A stretch of DNA of 64,000 bases. It comes from an uncultured delta proteobacterium (GTDB lineage: Bacteria > Desulfobacterota > Desulfobulbia > Desulfobulbales > Desulfocapsaceae). Every line of letters starts with the position of its first letter. Position 1 is the first letter of the stretch. Below the pieces are notes generated by a model. That model was given only the letters and a program-made list of their open reading frames with translations, searched no databases and was not told the DNA's origin. The position numbers and the translations under genes were made by a program. Shown in pieces: positions 1-9,150 of the stretch. The stretch is taken from the NCBI GenBank assembly GCA_903875445.1, contig CAIQWD010000027.1, positions 43,223 to 107,222 on the forward strand, in the 5' to 3' direction.

Positions 1-1
1 C

Positions 2-1474
2 TGCGGCACCGGCGGCATGCTGGCCGAGGCGCAGAATTGGATTCGCGCCCACAACGAACAGGCCACCGTCAAGGTCTACGGCCAGGATTACAACCCGCGC
101 TCCTATGCCGTCGCCGCCTCCGACCTGCTCATCAAGGGTCACAAGGACAGCCGCATCGAGTACGGCAATACCCTGACAAACGACCAGTTTCCCGACATGC
201 GCTTCGACTATCTGCTGGCCAATCCCCCCTTTGGTGTTGATTGGAAAGGGGAAAAGAAGGAAATCGATCGCTGGCCCAACTTTCGCGGCTACAACGGCAA
301 GCTGCCGCGCATCAACGATGGCGCGCTGCTGTTTTTGATCCATATGATTGCTAAGTTCCAACCCTGGCAGACCGGCAATCGCAATCTGCCCGGTTCGCGG
401 GTGGCTATCGTCTTCAATGGCTCGCCGCTGTTCACCGGCGGCGCGGGCAGTGGCGAGAGCGAAATCCGTCGCTGGATCATTGAAAACGACTGGCTCGAAG
501 CCATTGTCGCCCTGCCCGAGCAGATGTTCTACAACACCGGCATCGGCACTTTCATCTGGGTGCTCAGCAATCGCAAGGAGCAACACCGCGAAGGAAAAAT
601 CCAGCTGATCGATGCACGTGAACGCTTCACGCCGATGAAACGCAGCCTCGGCAACAAACGCCGCTATCTCGATGAAGCCGCCATCGCCACGCTTACCCGC
701 GAGCATGGCGCGTTGGAAGATTCGAAGACCAGCAAAGTTTTCGCCAATACCGATTTCGGCTACCGGCGTATTACCGTCCATCGCCCGCTGCGCTTGCGTT
801 TCCAGATGATTCGGGAGAATAAAGAGCGGTTTCTCGACACTTGCCCGGAACTGCTGGATGCCGTTCTGGCGCTGGAAGAAAGATTGGGCGCCGAACCCTA
901 TTTCAATTGGAATACCACCTGGGAAATGGTGCAGAAAACAGTCAAGGCCCTGCCGGATGACGAGGTCGGCTGGACAGCGGGCGCCAAAGGCACAGCCCAA
1001 AAAAAACTGTTCCGCGAGGTATTCACCGAGGTCGACCCGGAAGCAGAGCCGGTCATCGCCAAACAGTATAAGAATGAGAAGCTCGATATCGCCAACCTGT
1101 TTCCCGGCCAGAACCTGCCTCGCGAGCTGACACCTTCCCAGCTGCAAGCGGTGCTGGGCTTCTATGCCCAGGGAAAAGGCAAACTCATCGAATATGAGCC
1201 CGACCCGGCTCTCAAAGACAGTGAAAACATTCCCCTGAAGGAAGACATCGTCAGGTACTTCCTGCGTGAGGTCCGGCCCTATGTGGCTGATGCCTGGATC
1301 GATCGGGCAACGCTCGACGAACAGGATGGCGGTATCGGTAAGGTTGGCTACGAGATCAACTTCAACCGCGTGTTTTTCCAATACCAGCCGCCCCGCCCGC
1401 TGCACGAGATCGACCGGGAGCTTGCCGCTGTCGAGCAGCGGATTATGGATTTGCTGCGGGAGGTGACCGAGTGA
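2..1474 (+). CDS. hsdM: Type I R-M methyltransferase subunit, 5'-truncated by the window edge
   Basis: The frame from nt 2 reads CGTGGML (end of SAM-binding motif I). It has catalytic motif IV LANPPF, NGSPLFTGGAGSGES and a C-terminal GYEINFNR.F typical of HsdM. Confidence 0.95.
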   Translation, partial: CGTGGMLAEAQNWIRAHNEQATVKVYGQDYNPRSYAVAASDLLIKGHKDSRIEYGNTLTNDQFPDMRFDYLLANPPFGVDWKGEKKEIDRWPNFRGYNGKLPRINDGALLFLIHMIAKFQPWQTGNRNLPGSRVAIVFNGSPLFTGGAGSGESEIRRWIIENDWLEAIVALPEQMFYNTGIGTFIWVLSNRKEQHREGKIQLIDARERFTPMKRSLGNKRRYLDEAAIATLTREHGALEDSKTSKVFANTDFGYRRITVHRPLRLRFQMIRENKERFLDTCPELLDAVLALEERLGAEPYFNWNTTWEMVQKTVKALPDDEVGWTAGAKGTAQKKLFREVFTEVDPEAEPVIAKQYKNEKLDIANLFPGQNLPRELTPSQLQAVLGFYAQGKGKLIEYEPDPALKDSENIPLKEDIVRYFLREVRPYVADAWIDRATLDEQDGGIGKVGYEINFNRVFFQYQPPRPLHEIDRELAAVEQRIMDLLREVTE

Positions 1475-2583
1475 ACCTGCTGCTTTCCGACATCCGCGAC
1501 CTGATCCTCTCTGCCCGCCGGGCGGCGGTCCATTCCATTGATCTGCTTCAGGTGTTGACCAATTTTGAGATCGGCCACCGCATCATTGAGCATGAACAGC
1601 AGGGTGCGGAACGGGCCGAATACGGCAAAGCACTTCTCAAGGATTTGTCAACGGAACTCACAGCGGAATTTGGCAGAGGGTTTTCCCGTTCCAATTTGGA
1701 ATATATGCGAAAATTCTATTTGGCCTATAAAGACAGGGCATTGGCAATTTCCCAGATGCCATCTGGGAAATTGGCGGATGAACGAAAAGGTCAGCCACCA
1801 TTTTGCGAATCCTCTAAGGCAGAACTTCTGCTTGTCGCGGGCAAAGCTGACCGGCCGTTCTCTTTGAGCTGGTCGCAATATGTGTTTTTGGTTTCGATTA
1901 ATGATCTCGATGAGCGCCGGTTCTACGAAATTGAAGCATCGGCTAATGGCTGGACCTTGCCGGAACTGAAACGCCAGTTCAACACCGGCCTCTATGAACG
2001 TCTGGCCCTCAGTCTGGATAAAGACGGTATCCGCAAGCTGGCGGCGGAAGGGCAGATCGTCAGCCGCCCAGAAGACCTGCTGAAAGATCCCTACGTTCTG
2101 GAATTTCTCGGGCTCGATGAAAAGACCAGATATTCCGAATCAGACCTGGAAACTGCCATCATCAACAAGATCGAACACTTCCTGCTCGAACTGGGCAAGG
2201 GTTTTCTCTTTGAGGCCCGGCAGAAACGCTTCACCTTCGACGAGGAGCATTTCTTTGTCGATCTGGTCTTCTATAACCGCCTGCTGCGCTGCTATGTGCT
2301 GCTTGATCTGAAGATCGGCAAGCTCAATCATCAGCACCTCGGGCAGATGCAGATGTATGTCAACTATTTCGACCGCTTCGTTAAGCTGGCAGACGAAAAC
2401 CCGACTATCGGTATAGTCCTGTGCAAAAAGAAACATGACGCATTGGTGGAAATCACCTTGCCCAGGGACGCAAATATCCATGCCAAGGAATATCAACTCT
2501 ATTTGCCCGATAAGGAGCTGTTGCGCCGGAAGTTGGAGGAGTGGGGTGAAGAGGTGGATACTCGAAAAGAGGTGGGGGAATGA
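1471..2583 (+). CDS. YhcG/DUF1016-family PD-(D/E)xK nuclease-domain protein
   Basis: GRGFSRSNL..MRKFY, LSWSQY, KDPYVLEFLG, FVDLVFYNRLLRCYVLLDLK and GQMQMYVNYFDR. GTGA overlap with the hsdM stop. Confidence 0.9.
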   Translation: MNLLLSDIRDLILSARRAAVHSIDLLQVLTNFEIGHRIIEHEQQGAERAEYGKALLKDLSTELTAEFGRGFSRSNLEYMRKFYLAYKDRALAISQMPSGKLADERKGQPPFCESSKAELLLVAGKADRPFSLSWSQYVFLVSINDLDERRFYEIEASANGWTLPELKRQFNTGLYERLALSLDKDGIRKLAAEGQIVSRPEDLLKDPYVLEFLGLDEKTRYSESDLETAIINKIEHFLLELGKGFLFEARQKRFTFDEEHFFVDLVFYNRLLRCYVLLDLKIGKLNHQHLGQMQMYVNYFDRFVKLADENPTIGIVLCKKKHDALVEITLPRDANIHAKEYQLYLPDKELLRRKLEEWGEEVDTRKEVGE

Positions 2584-3920
2584 GTGCAAATCAGAGCAAG
2601 CGAGATTGGCAAGCAGTTCCTCTTCGTTATGTGTGTCAACTCAACCCGCCGGTGGATTTCGGTGCATTTGGAGAAGATGATGAGCTGACCTTTTTGCCCA
2701 TGGATAGGGTCAAGAGTGGTTACTTCATTCCCAATACCGACAAATTTTCAAAATACGCCTCTTCCTATAATTCTTTCGAGGAAGGGGATATTGTTTTGGC
2801 CAAAGTTACACCATGCTTCGAAAATGGTAACATTGCGATTGGTGAGAATCTTTTAGGGGGCAAGGGCTTTGGCAGTTCGGAATTGTTCGTGATTCGGGCA
2901 ACAGGTGTTGCTCGCAAATTCCTCTTCTATTACTTTCAATCTTCTACGTTCAAACAGGAAGGGGAAGCATCAATGACCGGTGCCGGTGGACTCAAGCGGG
3001 TATCACCAGACTTGCTCCGCCGGCATTATTTACCCTTGCCAGCAGTCAAAATCCAACACCAAATCGCCGACTACCTCGACCTTGAAACCGCCCGCATCGA
3101 TGAGCTGGTAGCGGAAAAACTGCACATGCTGGCCCTGCTGGAAGAAAAGCGAGTCGCCCTCATCAGCCGCGCTGTTACCCGCGGACTCAACCCCGACGCC
3201 CCCCTTAAACCCTCCGGCCTCGACTGGCTGGGGGATATTCCGGCGCATTGGGAAGTGATGCCAATTAAGTATGTTGCGACGGTTGGCAACGGATCAACGC
3301 CAGCCGTCGACAATGTGGACTATTGGGATGAAAACGGCTTTCCTTGGCTAAATAGCTCCGTTGTCAACGCCGATTATGTGAAGGAACCATCAAGGCATGT
3401 TACAGCCAAGGCGCTGACGGAGTGCCATCTGCCAACAATAAATCCCCCCGCCGTTTTGGTTGGCATTACGGGCCAAGGCAAAACTCGTGGGATGGCTTCG
3501 ATATTAACGATTGAGGCAACGATCAATCAGCATCTTGCGTTCGTAAAACCAAGGGGCGAAAGGATAACGGCAGAATATCTGCGTTACGTCCTCGTACGAG
3601 TATACTCTTTTCTCAGAAGCGACAGTGATGGCTCGGGGAGCACGAAAGGAGCCATTACATGTGAACAACTTGCGAACTTTCGTATCACGCTGCCTCCTGA
3701 AAATGAGCAAGTTCATATTGTTCGGCAAATTCAAGAAGGCAAGCGTGTCATGGATCGTATACAACAAGAACTTAACAGCTCAGTCAGACTTCTCAAGGAA
3801 CGCCGTGCCGCCTTGATTACAGCAGCCGTCATTGGGCAAATCAATTTCAGTCCAGACAGTAAAAATTGTAGAAGAATTGAAAATCGAGCAATCGAGGTCA
3901 ACGGGGATTTTCCTTGTTAA
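2580..3920 (+). CDS. hsdS: Type I R-M specificity subunit
   Basis: Two variable TRDs separated by the conserved helix IADYLD..TARIDEL...LLEEKR.ALIS.AVTRGL.P...LKPSG..WLG.IP.HW. C-terminal LKERR.ALITAAV.GQI. ATGA overlap with the upstream gene. Confidence 0.93.
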   Translation: MSANQSKRDWQAVPLRYVCQLNPPVDFGAFGEDDELTFLPMDRVKSGYFIPNTDKFSKYASSYNSFEEGDIVLAKVTPCFENGNIAIGENLLGGKGFGSSELFVIRATGVARKFLFYYFQSSTFKQEGEASMTGAGGLKRVSPDLLRRHYLPLPAVKIQHQIADYLDLETARIDELVAEKLHMLALLEEKRVALISRAVTRGLNPDAPLKPSGLDWLGDIPAHWEVMPIKYVATVGNGSTPAVDNVDYWDENGFPWLNSSVVNADYVKEPSRHVTAKALTECHLPTINPPAVLVGITGQGKTRGMASILTIEATINQHLAFVKPRGERITAEYLRYVLVRVYSFLRSDSDGSGSTKGAITCEQLANFRITLPPENEQVHIVRQIQEGKRVMDRIQQELNSSVRLLKERRAALITAAVIGQINFSPDSKNCRRIENRAIEVNGDFPC

Positions 3921-3963
3921 TTGCCTTGCCATACCGGTGAAAACTCTTTAAAGTTCCGATCTT

Positions 3964-4758
3964 ATGCACATGACCACCACACACTACACCTTGGGAGCAG
4001 CCCCCGTTACGGGAGCGGGCTTGGGTATATCGCCCACCGACCTCGACACTGCACTGTCCGGTCCGGTTGCTGCGGTGGTCTTTGACGATGCGGGCAATGA
4101 CAAAATAGCCGCGCTGCTCGGTGGCGTGGCCGATACGGAATTTACCCAGAACAATCTGGATGTGCTCCTGAAACATGAGCGCGAACCAGAAGACTGGCGC
4201 GTGGGCGAGGCACTGGCAGAATGCTATTTGTCGGAATGCAGGAGCTGCCATTTCCCCTGGCCCGATGGTCGCGATGAACGCAAGCGCGGTTCGAGTCTGC
4301 CGGGCGCGGATTTGGTGGGCTTTCACCGCGATGGCGAGGCTGATCACTTCGCCTTTGGCGAAGTGAAAACCTCAGCCGAACAATCTTATCCGCCCGGTGC
4401 CGCCTACGGACGACACGGATTAAAGCAACAGATGGAGGATTTGCGTGACCGGCGGGAGATTCGGGATGATCTGGTTAAATATCTTGCCCACCGTGCGGTG
4501 AATGCCACTTGGAAAGATCGTTTCCAGTCCGCCGCCGGAGTGTATTTGCGAGATCCTGGAGATGTGCGGATTTTTGGCCTATTGGTGCGAGATGTGCCGC
4601 CGAACGAGGATGACTTGCGTGCTCGGGTGAATGGGCTTGCGCAATACTGTCCAGCCTCGACGGTCATTGAGTTGCTGGCACTCTATCTCCCTCAAGGTCG
4701 AATTGCTACCTTGGGAGTACAGGTCGTGACATCTCGACGAAATGGAGGTGCCCGATGA
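3964..4758 (+). CDS. HamA-like (DUF1837-like) PD-(D/E)xK nuclease
   Basis: Motifs VGEALAECYL, GADLVGF and FAFGEVKTS match the GE / G.D / GE.K pattern of HamA-type nucleases. ATGA-coupled to the downstream helicase. Confidence 0.65.
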   Translation: MHMTTTHYTLGAAPVTGAGLGISPTDLDTALSGPVAAVVFDDAGNDKIAALLGGVADTEFTQNNLDVLLKHEREPEDWRVGEALAECYLSECRSCHFPWPDGRDERKRGSSLPGADLVGFHRDGEADHFAFGEVKTSAEQSYPPGAAYGRHGLKQQMEDLRDRREIRDDLVKYLAHRAVNATWKDRFQSAAGVYLRDPGDVRIFGLLVRDVPPNEDDLRARVNGLAQYCPASTVIELLALYLPQGRIATLGVQVVTSRRNGGAR

Positions 4759-7700
4759 GCCTGCGCAAAGAAGAACTGGATCGTGTGGACAATCACTGGG
4801 CCGTCCTCGCAGTAGGTGTCGAAGAGCGTGAACGTGGTCTGGAAGTTGCCAACGCGCGGCTGGTCGCCAAAGCGGTGGGCAGACAAATGCGCCTCGCTTT
4901 CGAAGAGCGGGCCAGCGACGGGGATTTACTGCACCGTCTCGCGATGGCCTACGAGATGGCCGCCATCGAAGGCCTGACGGCACTCCTCAACCTTTCCACC
5001 GCAGAGGACGATCGGCGGCAACAATGTGTCGCCGGAGCGTGGCGCGCCTTTGAACTAAGGCGCTTGTTCGAAGTTCCCGAGGCTGTTGAAGAACGCATCT
5101 TTCATGTCCTCCATTTATCGGCACTGGCTTATTGCGGCGATCGTTGGTCGGATATCCGGCGTTGGTATGTGGAGAATGGATGCAGCATCGTGGAGCTCTC
5201 CGCAGCGGATCAGCCATGGCACTACCGTTTGCTCTTCCGGCTCTTCGACTGTTGGGTGCGTCTTTTTCGCAAAAAAGGATGGGACGATCTCGACCGCATC
5301 CGGGAAATTGTGGCCGGGTTGCGGGAGGATCAGCGGCAATACGAGCGGACTTCCCTTGACAGTGGCTCTAATGAGCAGGACCGGGCCATGGCGTTGAGGC
5401 TGATTGCATTCTATAACTGGGCCAAGGCCACGGAACTGCTAGCTAAGTATGTATTGCAGGGCGAGCCAAGGGGCATCAACGCGCTCCTCGACAAACATTT
5501 CGAGGCGGCGGCGGAAGCGGCGATCGCTGCGGACGACGCTCAACTGGAAATCCTCATGCGGTGGCTGCATGCGACCGCCCGGCAGATGATTTCCGGTTCG
5601 CTCTGGTGGGTTGCCCACTCAATCAATTCACGGGTCACTCGTTTTGTCGGGTCTTCCACCAAACATCAGGCCATGTTTGAGCTGTTGCCGCCGCAAAGGG
5701 CGGCCTTGCAGGAACAGGGGCTGCTCGATCAAGCGGCCACGGCGGTGGTTATCGATCTGCCGACGTCAGGAGGAAAGACCCTGCTGGCTCAATTCCGCAT
5801 TCTCCAAGCTCTCAATCAATTCGCCGAAGAAAGTGGTTGGGTTGCCTACGTGGTGCCTACTCGTGCCCTCAGCGCCCAAATCACCCGCCGCTTGCGCCGC
5901 GATTTTACGCCAATCGGCGTGCGCGTGGAGCAACTGACCGGTGCTGTTGAGATTGATGCCATCGAAGCGGAGATGCTCTCAGCGCAGGCGCGTGGCGATG
6001 AGCGCAGCTTCGACGTGCTGGTGGCGACACCGGAAAAGTTACAGCTGGTGATCCGAAATAAAAAGGTGCAGCGTCCGCTCGCGTTGATCGTGATGGACGA
6101 GGCCCACAACATGGAGAGCAAGTCGCGCGGAATGCGTATTGAGCTGCTGTTGGCTACGGTCAAACAGGAGAGCAATCAGGCGAATTTTCTGCTATTGATG
6201 CCGTTTGTTGAAAAAGCGGAGGCACTCGCACGATGGCTTGCCAATGATGTTGGCGGCGGTCGCTCGATCAGTCTCGGCACCAGTGTCTGGAGACCCAACG
6301 AGCGCATTGTCGGTATGTTTCGTGCTGAGGCAGACGATAACCAGAGAGCAGGGTGGCGGCTCCAATATCAAACTTTGGTCACAACACCGAAAACGATTCA
6401 TCTGGCTGGAATCCATCAAGTAGGCGGGATAAAGCCGCTCGACTTAGCCAAATCCAAGTTGATCAGGGCAAATGGGGAGCAACAGGGCTTTGGCCTCCAG
6501 GCAGCTGCAATGGCCACAGTCTTTTCCTCGCGAGGCACAAGTATCGCAGTCGGGGGAACAATTCCCTCGGCATGGTCCATGGCACGGGAGGCAGCGAAGA
6601 AACTGCCACCAATCGACACACCATCAGAGCGTATTCAGCTCGTCCAAAAGTTCCTTGCAGCGGAGATCAGCCCTGACTTCGAGTTAGTTGAGATGCTTGC
6701 CCGAGGGGTTGCCGTGCATCATGCGGGCCTTTCCGACGAGATGAGAGCGCTTGTCGAATGGTTGGCGGAGGAAGGCGATATCCGCGTGCTTTGCGCGACG
6801 ACTACGCTGGCTCAGGGCATCAATTTCCCGGTTTCATCGGTATTTTTGGCTACAACATCAATGAAATCGCGGAAGTTTCCGTATCAAGTTGATATGGTAC
6901 CCCGCGAATTTTGGAATCTGGCTGGGCGTGCGGGCCGCATGAATCAGGACAGCGTTGGAGTTGTTGGTATCGCCGAGGCGAACCGGACAGAAGAGATCGT
7001 TCGTTTCGTGAAAGAAGCTACGGGGGAACTGGTGTCACGCTTGGTGATTGTCGTGGCAGAACTGGATGCGGCCAATTCGCCCGATGAACTCTCCGCAGTA
7101 ATTCAACAAGAGCAATGGGAAGACTTCCGCTGCTATGTGACCCACCTCGTTCATGAGATCGGCAACTTGGAACGCGTTCTTTCGAGTACTGAGTTGTCCC
7201 TACGCAACACCTTTGGCTACCGTGTCCTTCAAGAAAGCGTCGAAGGTCGTACTCGTGCCCAAAAATTGATCGAAGCCACCAAACAATACGCGCGGAAAAT
7301 TTCGGCTAATCCCGGCCAAGTGGCGATGGCCGACATGACCGGCTTTTCGTTCGAGGGGGTCGGGAGAGCATTGAGCGGAGTCAGCGCTCTTGAGCGGAAG
7401 CTTACGGCCAATGATTTTTCCGCTGAACGACTTTTTGGAAACGACGGCGGCATGGCTGACTTTTATGGCATCATGCTCCGCATTCCTCAACTTGCACGAA
7501 ACTTGGACGAACTCACGACCTCCGGCACTGACAACCGTCAACTGGCGGACATAACCAAAGCTTGGGTGGAAGGGCGGAGTCTTCGGGAAATCGCCAGAAC
7601 CTATTTCCAAGTGGACGGCGACGCCACTCTTGCGATTACGAAGGCATGTCGCGCCATCTATCGGAACCTTGCCAACAACGGGACGTGGGGGTTATCCGCG

Positions 7701-8036
7701 CTCAGTCGGCTATCGGGAATAGATTTCGAAATTCTTACGCCTCAGCAGAAGCGGCAAATCGATCTACTCCCGGCGATGATTTACCACGGCGTGAAGACAG
7801 AGGAAGGTGTCCTCATGCGCATGAATGGCGTTCCCCGCTCGATTGCCGAGCGAATGGGCGAACGTTATCAACAAATAGGCAACGCGGATGGCGTTGGATC
7901 TGGCATCCAGAAAGTCCGGCAATTTCTCGGTTCGGCGGATATTGAAACCTGGAATCGGGCGCGTCCCAGCAACGCCCCTCTCTCCGGCCGAGAATATAAG
8001 GAAGTCTGGAAAGTTATTTCTGGTGACGAGCGATAA
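4755..8036 (+). CDS. Ski2-like SF2 DEAH helicase (HamB-like), 1093 aa, with a ~300-aa N-terminal helical region
   Basis: LPTSGGKT (motif I), VPTRALSAQ (Ia), VATPEK (Ib), MDEAHN (II), HHAGLS, ATTTLAQGINFP (V) and NLAGRAGR (VI). Confidence 0.9.
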   Translation: MSLRKEELDRVDNHWAVLAVGVEERERGLEVANARLVAKAVGRQMRLAFEERASDGDLLHRLAMAYEMAAIEGLTALLNLSTAEDDRRQQCVAGAWRAFELRRLFEVPEAVEERIFHVLHLSALAYCGDRWSDIRRWYVENGCSIVELSAADQPWHYRLLFRLFDCWVRLFRKKGWDDLDRIREIVAGLREDQRQYERTSLDSGSNEQDRAMALRLIAFYNWAKATELLAKYVLQGEPRGINALLDKHFEAAAEAAIAADDAQLEILMRWLHATARQMISGSLWWVAHSINSRVTRFVGSSTKHQAMFELLPPQRAALQEQGLLDQAATAVVIDLPTSGGKTLLAQFRILQALNQFAEESGWVAYVVPTRALSAQITRRLRRDFTPIGVRVEQLTGAVEIDAIEAEMLSAQARGDERSFDVLVATPEKLQLVIRNKKVQRPLALIVMDEAHNMESKSRGMRIELLLATVKQESNQANFLLLMPFVEKAEALARWLANDVGGGRSISLGTSVWRPNERIVGMFRAEADDNQRAGWRLQYQTLVTTPKTIHLAGIHQVGGIKPLDLAKSKLIRANGEQQGFGLQAAAMATVFSSRGTSIAVGGTIPSAWSMAREAAKKLPPIDTPSERIQLVQKFLAAEISPDFELVEMLARGVAVHHAGLSDEMRALVEWLAEEGDIRVLCATTTLAQGINFPVSSVFLATTSMKSRKFPYQVDMVPREFWNLAGRAGRMNQDSVGVVGIAEANRTEEIVRFVKEATGELVSRLVIVVAELDAANSPDELSAVIQQEQWEDFRCYVTHLVHEIGNLERVLSSTELSLRNTFGYRVLQESVEGRTRAQKLIEATKQYARKISANPGQVAMADMTGFSFEGVGRALSGVSALERKLTANDFSAERLFGNDGGMADFYGIMLRIPQLARNLDELTTSGTDNRQLADITKAWVEGRSLREIARTYFQVDGDATLAITKACRAIYRNLANNGTWGLSALSRLSGIDFEILTPQQKRQIDLLPAMIYHGVKTEEGVLMRMNGVPRSIAERMGERYQQIGNADGVGSGIQKVRQFLGSADIETWNRARPSNAPLSGREYKEVWKVISGDER

Positions 8037-8196
8037 GGTTTGTACGGCGCTGGATGTGTCGCCCCCACTGGCCAATGCGCTGATCCGCGAGTTCGTGCAG
8101 CTTGGCATCCTGCAGGAAGTCACCGGACAGCAGCGGGGACGGGTTTTTGTCTTCCAACGTTACTTAAGCCGTTACTTAAGCCTCTTCGTTATTTAA
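8031..8196 (+). pseudogene. C-terminal HTH remnant of a Fic-family protein
   Basis: Reads KVCTALDVSPPLANALIREFVQLGILQEVTGQQRGRVFVFQRYLSRYLSLF, like the tail of Fic-HTH proteins. No start and no Fic HPFxxGNGR motif. Confidence 0.6.
8158..8181 (+). repeat. 12-bp tandem duplication CGTTACTTAAGC x2
   Basis: Seen directly. It gives RYLS-RYLS in the Fic remnant frame. Confidence 0.9.
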
Positions 8197-8422
8197 AATT
8201 GGCGACGTTTCTTTAATTAAGGCAGCTAGTAAATTAAAGTTGAGCAAAGGAATCATTGCCATTAAACAGACCAGCGAGGCCGTGTAGCTCGCTAAGGGCT
8301 ATCTACAAACATTCGTCCCAAAACAAGCAACCGTGAACGAGTGGTCTTCCCAAAAAAGATGGAGGCGTGAGGTACGTTACTCACGGTGCAAAGGTCACCT
8401 TGCAAATACAGCTTTTTGTCCC

Positions 8423-8483
8423 TTGACCTGCATAAGCACCAATGGTACACATAAAGTAATAAAAAATGTAACCTTATGTGGAC
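8423..8483 (+). promoter_or_regulatory. Putative abiE promoter with overlapping inverted-repeat operator
   Basis: TTGACC at 8423-8428. Imperfect inverted repeat GTACACATAAAG (8445-8456) / CCTTATGTGGAC (8472-8483), 10/12 match, just upstream of the antitoxin start. AbiEi proteins autorepress through promoter inverted repeats. Confidence 0.45.
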
Positions 8484-8490
8484 TATGCCC

Positions 8491-9039
8491 ATGCAACCGA
8501 TGAAGGAATTAGCCCGACTTCTGGAGCACCTGGCTAGCGCAGAGCAGTATCTCTTTTCGCCGGATGATCTGCGTAGCGCCTTGCCGGAAGCAAGTCCGGG
8601 CGCGTTCAAGGCTTTGCTCTGTCGGGCGGAGAAGGCCGGGCTGCTGCGACGGGTCTGCCGGGGAATCTATCTGTACCCTCGGGTGGCCTACCCGGCCGGG
8701 CTGGTCCTGTTTCATGCGGCGGCAAAACTGCGGGCGGATGCCTTCAATTACCTGAGTCTTGAGACGGTGTTGAGTGATGCCGGGGTGATATCACAGATCC
8801 CCCTGAACTGGGTTACTCTGATGTCTTCGGGGCGCAGCCATATCGTAGACTGCGGGGATTTCGGTCATATCGAATATATCCACAGCAAACGCCGGTCGGC
8901 GAATGTCGCCGACCGGTTGAACTATGATCAAGACTGTCGTCTGTGGCGGGCCTCGGTGTCTCTTGCCCTGCTGGATATGAAGTTGACCCGGCGCAGTATG
9001 GACCTGATCGATTGGGAGGTGGCCGATGAACATGTTTGA
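8491..9039 (+). CDS. Type IV TA antitoxin, AbiEi family (likely start MQPM at 8491; ORF opens at 8476)
   Basis: wHTH-type LRRVCRGIYLYP, then YLSLETVLSDAGVISQIP..W.T.MSSGRS and C-terminal SMDLIDWEVA. Confidence 0.8.
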   Translation: MQPMKELARLLEHLASAEQYLFSPDDLRSALPEASPGAFKALLCRAEKAGLLRRVCRGIYLYPRVAYPAGLVLFHAAAKLRADAFNYLSLETVLSDAGVISQIPLNWVTLMSSGRSHIVDCGDFGHIEYIHSKRRSANVADRLNYDQDCRLWRASVSLALLDMKLTRRSMDLIDWEVADEHV

Positions 9040-9112
9040 GCAGTTGGTCGAACAAGCATATCTCGTCGGTTTTGTCGCTGATGAATGCGAACGGGTGCGA
9101 CGGGAAGCCTGA
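9026..9112 (+). pseudogene. AbiEii toxin remnant (28-aa mini-ORF, apparent large internal deletion)
   Basis: SD GGAGGT at 9015-9020. ATG overlaps the antitoxin 3' end. Translates MNMFEQLVEQAYLVGFVADECERVRREA*, resembling the toxin N-terminus (M.LF..LV..A) joined to a toxin-like C-terminal helix. Confidence 0.6.
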
Positions 9113-9150
9113 AGGATGAATACGATATGAAGAACCAGGGGGAGTAGGGC

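Noticed and set aside
999-1006. A8 tract in hsdM as a phase-variation switch
   Set aside because: The run is short and encodes QKK. Similar A7-A8 runs occur in housekeeping genes here (for example in ugpE), so there is no specific support.
2580-3920. hsdS shuffling (invertible TRD) system
   Set aside because: No second hsdS fragment, flanking inverted repeats or recombinase was seen in the window. The region left of hsdM is not visible.
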